Assembly (NCBI GenBank): GCA_963665295.1
Contig: OY762209.1
Location: 3,776,001-3,840,000, forward strand
Length of the DNA stretch: 64,000 bases
From: Syntrophorhabdaceae bacterium
GTDB lineage: Bacteria; Desulfobacterota; Syntrophorhabdia; Syntrophorhabdales; Syntrophorhabdaceae
Direction: 5' to 3'
The notes under the pieces were generated by a model that did no database searches, had not been told where the DNA came from, and saw nothing but the letters and a program-made list of their open reading frames with translations. The position numbers were made by a program, and so were the translations under genes. Of the stretch, positions 46,992 to 56,490 are shown one piece after another (position 1 is the first letter of the stretch; the number at the start of each line of letters is the position of its first letter).

Positions 46992-48118
46992 GTGTCATAT
47001 TGGATGCCTTGAAGAAGGCACAGGACGAGAGAAAGCGGATTACTGTAGGAATCGCGCGGGGTTTCGCCGATTCGCCCCATAGGCCGCGATGGATAGTCTA
47101 TTCGGCTATTGCGGGGGTGCTCGTTTTGGGCGCTGCTTTTGCCTTCGTACCCGGGATCTATAAGAAAAATTCTCCCCCTCCGGCGTCTGCGGCTGAGAAG
47201 AAGGATCAGTTGCCTCCCACCAAGGAGATACAGGCTGAGGCACGAGTCCCGGTGGGTGTGGCGCCCGCGGCAGGAGATGCCCTTTCCCGTCCGGAAAGAG
47301 GAACTAGGATGGACTTCGGAACGGTCGTCAAGGGCGAAGGGCCCGGTAGTCCGGTCAGGGCGCGCGAGCGGTCGTTGACTTCGGGGATTGGAGACACAGA
47401 CGGGGCGGTTCCCCGGTCGGGTCATGGGCGGCTTTCCGCGGTGGTATCATCGCGGGGAAAAGAGGCTTCAAAATCTCCGGCGGAGGATGCTTCCGGGAGC
47501 GAAGGGCGGGTTTTCGTCCGAAGCATAGACGAGGACCGCATTACGACGATGTACAACAAGGCTTTGAAAGAAGGGGAAAAGGGTAATGTTGACGAAGCAA
47601 GACGGCTTTACCTTGCCGTCCTCGCGGCAAAACCTGAAAATATAGAGGCCATGAACAATCTCGGGGTGTTGGCCATGAGGGAGAGCAACACCAAAGAGGC
47701 TCTGTTCTATTTCAAAAAGATACTCGGGATCAAGAAGAACTACGGCAAAGCCTATAACAACATCGGGCTCATACTGCTGAGAGAGGGAGACAAGATACAG
47801 GCGGAAGGGTATTTCAGAAAGTCTATTGAAACGGATCGTGGCAGTGTCGAGCCCTACTTGAACCTCACAGCGGTGCTAAGGAGCGACAAGAGGCTGTCCG
47901 AGGCGTCTCAACTGCTTGAGGCCCTCCTTAACAAGGGAGAGAGGAACCCTGCGGTCCACCTCTCCTATGCTATTATCAAGGATGAGATGGGCGAACCCAC
48001 CGACGCCATTGCCCATTACCGGTATTATCTTAGAGAGGTGGGGAGTTCCGGTGGAACAAACCCTGTAGTCGAGAGGCTGAAGACGCTTGAAACAAACTAC
48101 CCTCGCAAGGATCGTTGA
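46988..48118 (+). CDS. TPR protein (MshN/GspB-like N-terminus)
   Basis: MSVILDALKKA, TM, TPRs (AMNNLG, AYNNIG, YLNL). Confidence 0.8.
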   Translation: MSVILDALKKAQDERKRITVGIARGFADSPHRPRWIVYSAIAGVLVLGAAFAFVPGIYKKNSPPPASAAEKKDQLPPTKEIQAEARVPVGVAPAAGDALSRPERGTRMDFGTVVKGEGPGSPVRARERSLTSGIGDTDGAVPRSGHGRLSAVVSSRGKEASKSPAEDASGSEGRVFVRSIDEDRITTMYNKALKEGEKGNVDEARRLYLAVLAAKPENIEAMNNLGVLAMRESNTKEALFYFKKILGIKKNYGKAYNNIGLILLREGDKIQAEGYFRKSIETDRGSVEPYLNLTAVLRSDKRLSEASQLLEALLNKGERNPAVHLSYAIIKDEMGEPTDAIAHYRYYLREVGSSGGTNPVVERLKTLETNYPRKDR

Positions 48119-49661
48119 AACGGGTTTAAGGGAGGGGGTGAAGAGTATTTTTCTCTTCGCCGGTTGTCCTCCTTTGGGTAACAGAAGAGATATCATAACC
48201 CTTGGCGATCCGGTCCTGGAGAGCGGAGACATCGAGGACGTCCTCCTCTGGAGTTTATCACCCTCCCAATATGCGGCTTTTCAGAAAGAAAAGGAACTCG
48301 ATTACAGCTATGCTCCGGATGGCCTGGGCAGGTTCAGGGTAAATGCCTTTCAGAGGAGAGGCAGTTTTGGAATCGTCATGCGACCTGTGCCGGTGGAGGT
48401 CCCCTCTTTTGACGCCCTTGATCTTCCCGTTGCGTTAAAGGAATTTACAAAGGAGAGGGACGGCCTTGTTCTCGTGACCGGCCCCACGGGGAGCGGGAAA
48501 TCAACCACCCTCGCATGTCTGATAGACACGATCAACCGGACGAGGGCGTGCCACATCATCACCATCGAAGACCCTGTGGAATTCGTGTACAGGCCGGTCA
48601 AATCAATCATAAGTCAGAGAGAAGTCGGTAAAGACACCTTGTCTTTCACCGCGGCCCTGAAAAGTGTGCCACGGGAAGACCCGGACGTGATCCTTATCGG
48701 TGAGATAAGGGACCAGGAGTCCATGCAGGCGACAATTGAGATGGCTGAAACAGGCCATCTTGTATTTGCAACCCTCCATACCACGAATGCCTTCCAGACG
48801 ATCAACAGGATACTGAACTTTTTTCCGGAAGGCGAGAAGGGGCACATACGAAGCCAGTTGGCACTGGTGCTGAAAGGGATTATCTCGCAACGCCTTCTCA
48901 CGAGGGCGGGCGGCACGGGGTTTGTGTGCGCGTGCGAGATTATGAAGGCCGGTCAGTCCGTGAGAAGCCTTATCCGGAGCAACAAGATCCATCAGATCAA
49001 CTCCGTGGTTGATATTTTGAAAAAGGAGGGCATGGTATCGATGGACGATGCCCTCGTGGACCTTTACAAGAACGGCCTCATCGAGATGGCAGCGGCCATT
49101 TCGTGCTCGACCGACGAGTCCGCTTTCGTGGCGAAACTGGGGGCCGTCCCGTATTCCAGGGCCAAGGTCATGGAAGGAAAGAGACCCTCCCCGGTCAACC
49201 CCGACACGATACTCTTCAAGGCGGACCATAGGGAGGAGCAACTGGGCAGTTTTGACGCATCGGGCGAAGTCTCGGCTGACCCGGGGGGACTCGCGTTCAG
49301 GGATTCGGGGCAGCAGGCCCGGGAATCCCACTTCATTGCGGATTACTCCATATTGAATGGGAGACAGAACGGTTTCCGCTTGGGATCGTTCTTCCATATC
49401 TCCTATGCCATATCCGGTTCCAGGGAAAAGAAGGCAACCTACAGTTTTTGGGTGAGGGTCGTAACAGGAAAAAAAGAAGAGACGGAGGTACCAGTGCCGA
49501 CGGGTCTTATCGGGGACGGGGCCTGGCATACACTTGACGTCCCTATTCCCGGGGCCATGCGGGGGAAACAAGTAAGGTACTATATGCTGGTCTTCGATGG
49601 GGCGGTCACGGATATAGTATTTGATGATATAATGTTTACGTGGGGTGATAGATGGACGTGA
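48087..49661 (+). CDS. PilT/PilU-family ATPase with extra C-terminal domain
   Basis: RFRVN, GPTGSGKST, TIEDPVE, REDPD....GEIRD, TGHLV.ATLH; about 160 extra residues. Confidence 0.88.
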   Translation: MKQTTLARIVETGLREGVKSIFLFAGCPPLGNRRDIITLGDPVLESGDIEDVLLWSLSPSQYAAFQKEKELDYSYAPDGLGRFRVNAFQRRGSFGIVMRPVPVEVPSFDALDLPVALKEFTKERDGLVLVTGPTGSGKSTTLACLIDTINRTRACHIITIEDPVEFVYRPVKSIISQREVGKDTLSFTAALKSVPREDPDVILIGEIRDQESMQATIEMAETGHLVFATLHTTNAFQTINRILNFFPEGEKGHIRSQLALVLKGIISQRLLTRAGGTGFVCACEIMKAGQSVRSLIRSNKIHQINSVVDILKKEGMVSMDDALVDLYKNGLIEMAAAISCSTDESAFVAKLGAVPYSRAKVMEGKRPSPVNPDTILFKADHREEQLGSFDASGEVSADPGGLAFRDSGQQARESHFIADYSILNGRQNGFRLGSFFHISYAISGSREKKATYSFWVRVVTGKKEETEVPVPTGLIGDGAWHTLDVPIPGAMRGKQVRYYMLVFDGAVTDIVFDDIMFTWGDRWT

Positions 49662-50707
49662 AACAGATGTTGAATGCGATGATAGAAAGAAACGCCTCCG
49701 ACCTTCACCTTATAGGCGGTATCCCGCCTGCCTTGAGGATTAACGGCGATTTAGTCGAACTGGATGGCGGGGTCCTTACAGGGGAGATGCTGGAAGGCTT
49801 TCTCAGCCAGATCGTGCAAGACGAGTCGAGAAGGAAGGGATTGTTCGAGGAGCGGGAGCTTGATCTGGCTTACGAACTGAAGGGGAGGGCCCGTTTCAGG
49901 GTGAACGTTTATTTCCAGAGCGGGTCGATAGCCTATGCGATACGCCTTATTCCCGTTCACATACCGAAGCTCGAAGACCTCAACCTGCCCGGAGTCCTGG
50001 CGGAGCTTATAAAGAAGCCCAATGGGCTGGTCCTTGTGACAGGGCCCACGGGAAGCGGCAAGTCGACGACCCTGGCCGCGATGATCGATCTGATCAACAA
50101 TGAGAGGTCCCTTCATGTAGTCACTGTGGAGGATCCCATCGAATACGTTTACAGTCCCAGGAGGTGCATCATATCACAGAGGGAGGTGGGGGAAGATACC
50201 TATTCCTTCGGGGCTGCCCTCAAACATGTGCTGAGGCAGGACCCGGACGTGATACTCATAGGGGAGATGAGGGATCTGGAGACGATGCAGGCTGCCATTA
50301 CGGCCGCGGAAACGGGTCATCTCGTTTTTTCCACGCTCCATACCACGAGCGCTTCTCAGACAGTGGACAGGATTATCGACGTGTTTCCGCCGCACCAGCA
50401 GTCTCAGATACGCTCGCAGCTTTCGATCACCCTCCAGGCGGTGATAACCCAGAGACTGCTCAGGCGGTCGGATGTAGTGGGAAGGATACCCGCCACGGAG
50501 ATTCTGATCGCAACTCCCGCGATAAGGACCCTTATCAGGGACGGGAAAGGCTATCAGGTATACTCGTCCATTGAGATGGGACAGGAATACGGTATGCATA
50601 CCATGGAGCAGAGCCTCAATGACCTGGTGCAAAAGGGTTTTATCGACAGGGAGGAGGCCCTTTTGCAGGCGGGAATAGCCGGTTCCATCAGGCAGCACAA
50701 GGGATGA
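49652..50707 (+). CDS. pilT: Type IV pilus retraction ATPase
   Basis: ASDLHL, GPTGSGKST, LRQDPD, GEMRD, TLHT, AIRTLIRDGK. Confidence 0.94.
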   Translation: MDVKQMLNAMIERNASDLHLIGGIPPALRINGDLVELDGGVLTGEMLEGFLSQIVQDESRRKGLFEERELDLAYELKGRARFRVNVYFQSGSIAYAIRLIPVHIPKLEDLNLPGVLAELIKKPNGLVLVTGPTGSGKSTTLAAMIDLINNERSLHVVTVEDPIEYVYSPRRCIISQREVGEDTYSFGAALKHVLRQDPDVILIGEMRDLETMQAAITAAETGHLVFSTLHTTSASQTVDRIIDVFPPHQQSQIRSQLSITLQAVITQRLLRRSDVVGRIPATEILIATPAIRTLIRDGKGYQVYSSIEMGQEYGMHTMEQSLNDLVQKGFIDREEALLQAGIAGSIRQHKG

Positions 50708-50801
50708 TGTCCCTGACAAGGAAGATAATGCGGGGAAGGGGCGAGAGAGATTCATTTTTCAATACGGATAAGGAGGAGTCCTAACCTTACAGAGGACGGA
50801 T

Positions 50802-52028
50802 ATGGGAACTTTCGCCTACAGAGCAAGAAACGAGAGTGGCGGACTGGTCACGGGAGAAATGGAGGCTGAGACGAAGGAGATGGTCTATGAGCATCTGGAT
50901 GGCCTCGGACTGCTCCCCGTCGGGGTGTCGGAAGCGAAGGGTGACGCTTTTTCCCTCAACAAGGCTTTCGAGAGATTCGAGAAGATCAGACAGGATGACC
51001 TGATATTTTTCACTCGACAACTCCAGACCATAGTGAAGGCAGGCATACCGCTGATATCAGGACTCAAGGCCCTTGAAGAGCAGACGGAAAGCCCGAAGCT
51101 GAAGCGCATTATCAACGAGATTCATCGGGAGGTCAGCAAAGGCAAAAGCCTTTCCGATGTCATTGCGAACCATCCCGGCACGTTTTCCGAACTCTATGTG
51201 AGCATGGTAAGGGCGGGCGAAATCGGCGGCGTCCTCGATGATGTTCTGGGGCGGCTGATAGGCCTCCTCGAGTTCCAGATGAAGACCAGGGAGATGCTGA
51301 AGACGGCTTTGCGCTACCCTGTCATGGTGGTGTGTGTTCTCGTCCTCGCTTTCATAGTGATCGTGACGTTCATCATTCCGAAATTTGCGGTCATATTCAA
51401 GGGCGCCAACATAGACTTGCCCTTGCCCACGAAGATCATGCTGTGGATCAACGATATAGTGCAGGGCTACGGGACACTCCTTTTCATCGGCACCGTGCTG
51501 TTGGTTGTCGCTTGGGTGGCGTACGTGAGATCAAAAAAAGGAAAGGTGGTCTGGGACAGGTTCAAACTCAGGATTCCGTTGATCGGTCAAATCCAACTCA
51601 AGATCATAATGAGCCGCTTCGCAAACATGTTCGAAAACATGATGCGCGCCGGCGTGCCGATCATGCACACCCTGCAGATTGTGTCGAGGACTGTGGGTAA
51701 CGAATACATCGCGGAGAAGATTATCGAGATCAGCGCGAAGGTGGAAAGGGGCAGGGGGATATCCAAGCCACTCAAAGACAGCGGGGTATTCCCGCCTCTC
51801 GTGATCCACCTCATATCCACGGGGGAGGAGACAGGTTCCCTGGAACAGATGTTGAGGGAGGTGTCCATTCATTATGACTCGGAGATCACCTATTCCGTGA
51901 GCAGGCTTTCCGCATGGATAGAGCCCATTTTGACCGCAGGTCTTTCCGTTATGGTGCTCTTCATTGCGCTGGCCGTTTTTCTGCCCTGGTGGAACATGAT
52001 GGGAGCGATGAAGGGGGGAGGACCGTGA
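50802..52028 (+). CDS. Pilus platform protein (PilC/GspF/MshG)
   Basis: FTRQL...AGIP, GE.GG.L, YP, GEETG.L, IEP. Confidence 0.93.
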   Translation: MGTFAYRARNESGGLVTGEMEAETKEMVYEHLDGLGLLPVGVSEAKGDAFSLNKAFERFEKIRQDDLIFFTRQLQTIVKAGIPLISGLKALEEQTESPKLKRIINEIHREVSKGKSLSDVIANHPGTFSELYVSMVRAGEIGGVLDDVLGRLIGLLEFQMKTREMLKTALRYPVMVVCVLVLAFIVIVTFIIPKFAVIFKGANIDLPLPTKIMLWINDIVQGYGTLLFIGTVLLVVAWVAYVRSKKGKVVWDRFKLRIPLIGQIQLKIIMSRFANMFENMMRAGVPIMHTLQIVSRTVGNEYIAEKIIEISAKVERGRGISKPLKDSGVFPPLVIHLISTGEETGSLEQMLREVSIHYDSEITYSVSRLSAWIEPILTAGLSVMVLFIALAVFLPWWNMMGAMKGGGP

Positions 52029-52057
52029 GAAGAGACATGATTTGCAGGCTTAAGGGA

Positions 52058-52116
52058 TTGAAAAATTGGGCGAAAACCAGTATATTATGGACAAGTGGAA
52101 AAACAGAAAGTATAAT
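52058..52116 (+). promoter_or_regulatory. Two tandem sigma70-type promoters of the major pilin
   Basis: TTGAAA-N17-TATATT (52058-52086) and TGGACA-N17-TATAAT (52088-52116). Confidence 0.65.
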
Positions 52117-52173
52117 TAAACAATGGTAAGGAACGCAAAACATAAACTATGACAAAAAGGAAAGGAGGGGGCT

Positions 52174-52554
52174 ATGAACACATTGCGAAATTCTAAAGGT
52201 TTCACCCTGATCGAACTCATCATTATTATCATCATTCTGGGCATTATTTCTGCAGTGGCTATCCCTAAGTACATTGACATGAAAACCGAGGCGCAGAAGG
52301 GCGCAGCAAAGGGTATCCTGGGAGCCCTGGCATCGGCGGACAGTATCCTCTTTTCGAAGTATCTGGTAGCGGGCTCGACTGTGAACTATACGGGAGGAGA
52401 TGTTATCGGGAACGCAAACCTCTCCGGCGGCGCTACGGCTGCAATCTCGGGGGCGGTGGGAACCATCACTCTGCCGAATGCCGCGACTTATACCTTCACC
52501 TATACGGCCGCGAGCGCGACATCTTCGGGCCAGTTCGCGCCGAACGGCTTTTAG
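52174..52554 (+). CDS. Major type IV pilin (MshA-like)
   Basis: KG/FTLIEL, AVAIPKY; own promoter, strong RBS and terminator. Confidence 0.92.
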   Translation: MNTLRNSKGFTLIELIIIIIILGIISAVAIPKYIDMKTEAQKGAAKGILGALASADSILFSKYLVAGSTVNYTGGDVIGNANLSGGATAAISGAVGTITLPNAATYTFTYTAASATSSGQFAPNGF

Positions 52555-52572
52555 TATATTTTCGCTCATTAC

Positions 52573-52617
52573 GAAGGCTTGAGAAGACAACAGAGAGTGT
52601 CTTCTCAAGCCTTCTTT
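52573..52617 (+). terminator. Intrinsic terminator after pilin
   Basis: Perfect 17-bp stem GAAGGCTTGAGAAGACA / TGTCTTCTCAAGCCTTC then TTT. Confidence 0.85.
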
Positions 52618-52680
52618 GTGTCCAGGGGATGTGGGGAGCGTGAAGGAATCACTATTTTCTGAAGGTCGGGCCTTTTCCGG

Positions 52681-54969
52681 ATGATAGCCGTCTCAGCGGT
52701 GTACCTTGCCATATGTCTCCTCTATTTTCGTCCTATGCTCTCGTGCGGCCGCATATTCATCGAGCGCGATCTCTCCGTGTATTTCATACCTCCGCGATAC
52801 CTGTGGGCCGGGCTCCTGAAGTCGCTTCAGTTGCCCCTCTGGAATTCCCACAATTATTCGGGTATCCCGCTTTTCGCCACCCTTCAGCCGGCAGTGCTTT
52901 ATCCGCCGCACCTTTTCTATCTTTTCCTGCCCTTCAATGTGGTCTGGAATTGGATAATCATACTGCACTTTCCCTTCGCGGGGGCTTCCACCTACGCGCT
53001 TCTGCGTCACATGAAGGTCTCGCGGACAGCCTCCTTTGCGGGTGGGCTCACCTTCATGCTCTCAGGGTATCTTCTGTCCGTCCACAGTCTTCTTTCCCAC
53101 CTTCTCGCGGCGCCCTGGTTCCCCCTGGTGATACTCTTCTTTCTTAAATACGTTGAGACAAGGAGAGTAAAGGACGTTATCCTCGCCTCCCTGTTCCTCG
53201 TTATGGAATTTTTTGCGGGGGCCCCGGAAATAGTCATAATGACCTTCCTTGCAATTGCCGTTATGATGCCGTTTATAGACTCTTTCGTGGGAGGAGCGCC
53301 GGATGTACCCTATGTGGCGAGATTGAAGGGGATGATCCTTTTGGTGCTCATCTTCGGCCTCATTTCGGCGGTCCAGCTCCTTCCTTTTTATGAGTTGAAA
53401 ATGGAGAGCGTACGTCGGAGCGGTTTGAGCTACGGGGAGGCAACGATCTGGTCTCTCTCGTGGAGGGATTTCATACAGTTCTTTATCACGGATCCTTTCG
53501 GAAACTTCTCGACCTTCACGAAGTACTGGCGGAACCAGTCATGGCTGAAGACCATCTACCTGGGAGTCATGCCGTTCCTTCTTTCCCTTTTCTATTTCCT
53601 TCGTCGCGATAGGAAGCAATGGTTTTTTGTGATCCTCGCCGCCGTCTCTCTTCTTCTTGCACTGGGAGGCACTACGCCGCTCTACCAGTATCTCTATCGG
53701 CTCCCTCCTTTTAACGCAATGCGTTACCCCGTCAAATATCTTTTTCTTTTCTTTTTCACCATCTCCTTTACTACGGCCCTCGGTCTTGACTGTCTCCGTA
53801 AAGGGGTGGCGGCTAAGGACCGGAACACGAGGATTGCCGTGCATGTGGTCTTCTATTTTGGGTTTCTCTTCGCGATCCTCTGGGGGTATGCATCTTTGTT
53901 CGGGAATCATATCCATGGCCTCTTCGAGAGGTTCGGCTTCAAACCCGACGTGTACAACGATATAGAAGTGAATATTCATAATATTAAACGGTGTCTCTTC
54001 TTTTCCTTCCTCTTCTGCGTGGCCCTGGTATGCTTCCTGAGGGTCAAGGCCCGGGCCTGGGTTCTTCTTGCCGTAATGGCCCTCCTTACATCGGACCTTT
54101 TGCTCGCCAACTACCGGTATTACCTGTCCTGGCCCTGGGATGAATACATCAGGAAACACGACTTTTCGGAACTGATGTCGGGAAAAGGGGATGATTCGCG
54201 GTATTTGTTTTCACCGAAAAGCGCCAGGGAATTCGATCTGTTCCCCTATGACCGGTACGCCATGGCGCCAGGGTATGCGTCTCTCTTTAATGCGTACGCT
54301 CTGGGCGGCGCAGAAGCGTTCAGACTTGCCAACCATGAGTTTTATTCGGGCCTCATAGAGCGCATGCCCTCTCTCGATCATGCGAAAAGATACTTCAATG
54401 TCCTCGGGGCGCGGTATCTGATAACCCCCTATGAACTGGATGACAAAGATTTCAAGCTCCTTGGAAAAACGCACATTGCGGGGAAGAAGGATGCCTGCCT
54501 CTATGAATTTATACCCTTCAGAGGGCGCTTTCTCTTTTACGGAACGGTGCGTTTTCTGCCGGAGGACGGGAAAGCAATGGAAACGCTTTCAAATGCGTCC
54601 TTTGACCCTAACTCAGAGCTGATCCTCAGCGCTCGGGATGGGGGCAAACCGGTGGGCGGGATGGTGAAGGGCACCGTCCATCCCGTCTCTTCCCATGCCG
54701 ATGAGATGGTGGTAGATACGAAAACGGATAGCGATGGGTTCCTCTATTGCGCCGACACCTTCTACCCCGGATGGCGGGCGTACGTGGACGGGATGGAGAC
54801 GAACATATACCGCGCCAACCTTGCGTACAGGGCGATCTTTGTCCCTGAGGGCGCCCATAGGATCATGTTCAGATATGTTCCCCGCTCCTTTTATGCGGGC
54901 CTGATGATCACGCTTTTCGGGGTGGGACTCTGCCTCTGGCTCGTGAGAAGGGAGCACAGGAGAGAGTGA
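52681..54969 (+). CDS. YfhO-like polytopic membrane protein (GT-C glycosyltransferase)
   Basis: PLWN....SG.P, LYP, many TM helices, RYP, C-terminal YPGW.AYVDG..AN..YRAI..P.G.H. Confidence 0.85.
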   Translation: MIAVSAVYLAICLLYFRPMLSCGRIFIERDLSVYFIPPRYLWAGLLKSLQLPLWNSHNYSGIPLFATLQPAVLYPPHLFYLFLPFNVVWNWIIILHFPFAGASTYALLRHMKVSRTASFAGGLTFMLSGYLLSVHSLLSHLLAAPWFPLVILFFLKYVETRRVKDVILASLFLVMEFFAGAPEIVIMTFLAIAVMMPFIDSFVGGAPDVPYVARLKGMILLVLIFGLISAVQLLPFYELKMESVRRSGLSYGEATIWSLSWRDFIQFFITDPFGNFSTFTKYWRNQSWLKTIYLGVMPFLLSLFYFLRRDRKQWFFVILAAVSLLLALGGTTPLYQYLYRLPPFNAMRYPVKYLFLFFFTISFTTALGLDCLRKGVAAKDRNTRIAVHVVFYFGFLFAILWGYASLFGNHIHGLFERFGFKPDVYNDIEVNIHNIKRCLFFSFLFCVALVCFLRVKARAWVLLAVMALLTSDLLLANYRYYLSWPWDEYIRKHDFSELMSGKGDDSRYLFSPKSAREFDLFPYDRYAMAPGYASLFNAYALGGAEAFRLANHEFYSGLIERMPSLDHAKRYFNVLGARYLITPYELDDKDFKLLGKTHIAGKKDACLYEFIPFRGRFLFYGTVRFLPEDGKAMETLSNASFDPNSELILSARDGGKPVGGMVKGTVHPVSSHADEMVVDTKTDSDGFLYCADTFYPGWRAYVDGMETNIYRANLAYRAIFVPEGAHRIMFRYVPRSFYAGLMITLFGVGLCLWLVRREHRRE

Positions 54970-55022
54970 TGGCGTTTATAAACCCACCGCACGGTTTTGC
55001 GGTCCCTGTGGTATAATTGATC

Positions 55023-55541
55023 ATGGAAGGATATACCAAGGGCACGGGTGCGGTTGAGACTGTGCGGGGACCGGGGCTATGGCCGTCAGGACCATCGCGA
55101 CGAGGCGGTTTTACTCTCATGGAGCTTATCATTGTTCTCGTGATCGTGGGGATTATGGCCGTCACTGCGGTGGTTATGTGGCCCGGGGAGTCAATAAACG
55201 TTTCAGGCCAAACTGATGCAGTTGTGCAGGATATCCGGTACACTCAAACTCTCGCCATGGCTCGCGCCCTGTCGGGCCAGCGTTGCAGGATCACCTTCGG
55301 CACAACGTCCTATACCATCGCCGATAACACCGGGGCCATAGTGAGATCGGTCTCACTGGGGTCAGGCATCTCAATCGCAAACAACAATTTTACCGGAGGT
55401 TATCTTGCTTTTGACGGCAGGGGGGCGCCATATAACGGGACAACCGTCATGACCGCCCCTATCACCATAGATATTACCTCCGGAGGCGTCACAAAGAGAG
55501 TCAGCGTATGGAATACCACAGGAGCGGTGCAGGTTAACTGA
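55023..55541 (+). CDS. Minor pilin (MshC/FimT-like)
   Basis: G/FTLMEL, DIRYTQ..AM, FDGRG.P. Confidence 0.85.
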   Translation: MEGYTKGTGAVETVRGPGLWPSGPSRRGGFTLMELIIVLVIVGIMAVTAVVMWPGESINVSGQTDAVVQDIRYTQTLAMARALSGQRCRITFGTTSYTIADNTGAIVRSVSLGSGISIANNNFTGGYLAFDGRGAPYNGTTVMTAPITIDITSGGVTKRVSVWNTTGAVQVN

Positions 55542-55543
55542 CC

Positions 55544-55996
55544 ATGGGAAAGGGAATGTCCTCCATATGGGTGGTCGAGAGAAGGAAGCGGGCGAGTCCG
55601 GCGCCTGCGGGCGGGTTTACTCTCATCGAGACGGTCTTTGCAATCATGATTATCCTGATCGCGGTGGTAGGCCTCTTTGCAATATTCACTAACGCCGTGG
55701 CGCCGTCCAACGCGCCCCAGCCGTATGAGATCGCAGTAGGCATCCAGTACATGCAGGAGGGATTGGAGAGGGTGTACGCAGACCGTAGAAACCTGTCAAG
55801 GGGCTTTTCCTACATTACGCCCGCCAATTACCCGAACGAAAACCTCGGCGCGGGATACTCCAGGACGACAACGATAGGAGCGTGGCCGGTCGACACGGAC
55901 ACCGCGACTTATGTACAGGTCACGGTACAGGTAAGCCATAACGGGAGAACAGTGGCGCAGGGGGCCACTCTCATGGCGAATTACACATGGAATTGA
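55544..55996 (+). CDS. Minor pilin (MshD/PilV-like)
   Basis: G/FTLIET plus hydrophobic helix. Confidence 0.85.
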   Translation: MGKGMSSIWVVERRKRASPAPAGGFTLIETVFAIMIILIAVVGLFAIFTNAVAPSNAPQPYEIAVGIQYMQEGLERVYADRRNLSRGFSYITPANYPNENLGAGYSRTTTIGAWPVDTDTATYVQVTVQVSHNGRTVAQGATLMANYTWN

Positions 55997-55997
55997 T

Positions 55998-56489
55998 ATG
56001 AGACGGTCACCCTGCGCTGCATCGGGATTCAGTCTTATCGAACTGATAATGGTGATTATTACGGTCGGCATTATTTCAGTCGTAATTGCACCGGTGTTTA
56101 TATCGGGTTTCAATGCTTATTTTTGGACAAGGGGGGCCGTTGATGTTACTGCGCAGGGAGAGTTCGCCATGGACCGCATGGCGCGGGAGATAAGGGGGAT
56201 CCAGCCTTCGGACATAACCTCCTTTAGCGCGAATTCGCTGACTTACAACCTTTCCGGAACGCCTGTCAGCTATAGCGTGAATGTTCAGGGTCAGCTCATG
56301 AGAAACGCGGACCTCCTTGCATCAGGGGTCTCGTCCCTCACATTTTCATACTTTCAGAGCGATTGGACGCCTGCAACACTGGCCGCTCAGATATGGAGCA
56401 TCGGCTTTACCTTGCGACTTTCGGGAGACCAGGTAACTGAGTCGTTAAGAACCACTGTTTTTTTGCGAAGCGGGCCTAAGGATCGTTGA
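55998..56489 (+). CDS. Minor pilin (MshO/PilW-like)
   Basis: G/FSLIEL, AMDRMAREIR, L.F.Y. Confidence 0.85.
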   Translation: MRRSPCAASGFSLIELIMVIITVGIISVVIAPVFISGFNAYFWTRGAVDVTAQGEFAMDRMAREIRGIQPSDITSFSANSLTYNLSGTPVSYSVNVQGQLMRNADLLASGVSSLTFSYFQSDWTPATLAAQIWSIGFTLRLSGDQVTESLRTTVFLRSGPKDR

Positions 56490-56490
56490 T

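Noticed and set aside
52174..52554. Conductive e-pilin
   Set aside because: 10 aromatics in 117 mature residues (about 8.5%), Met at position 27 and a 33-residue aromatic-free gap; borderline at best
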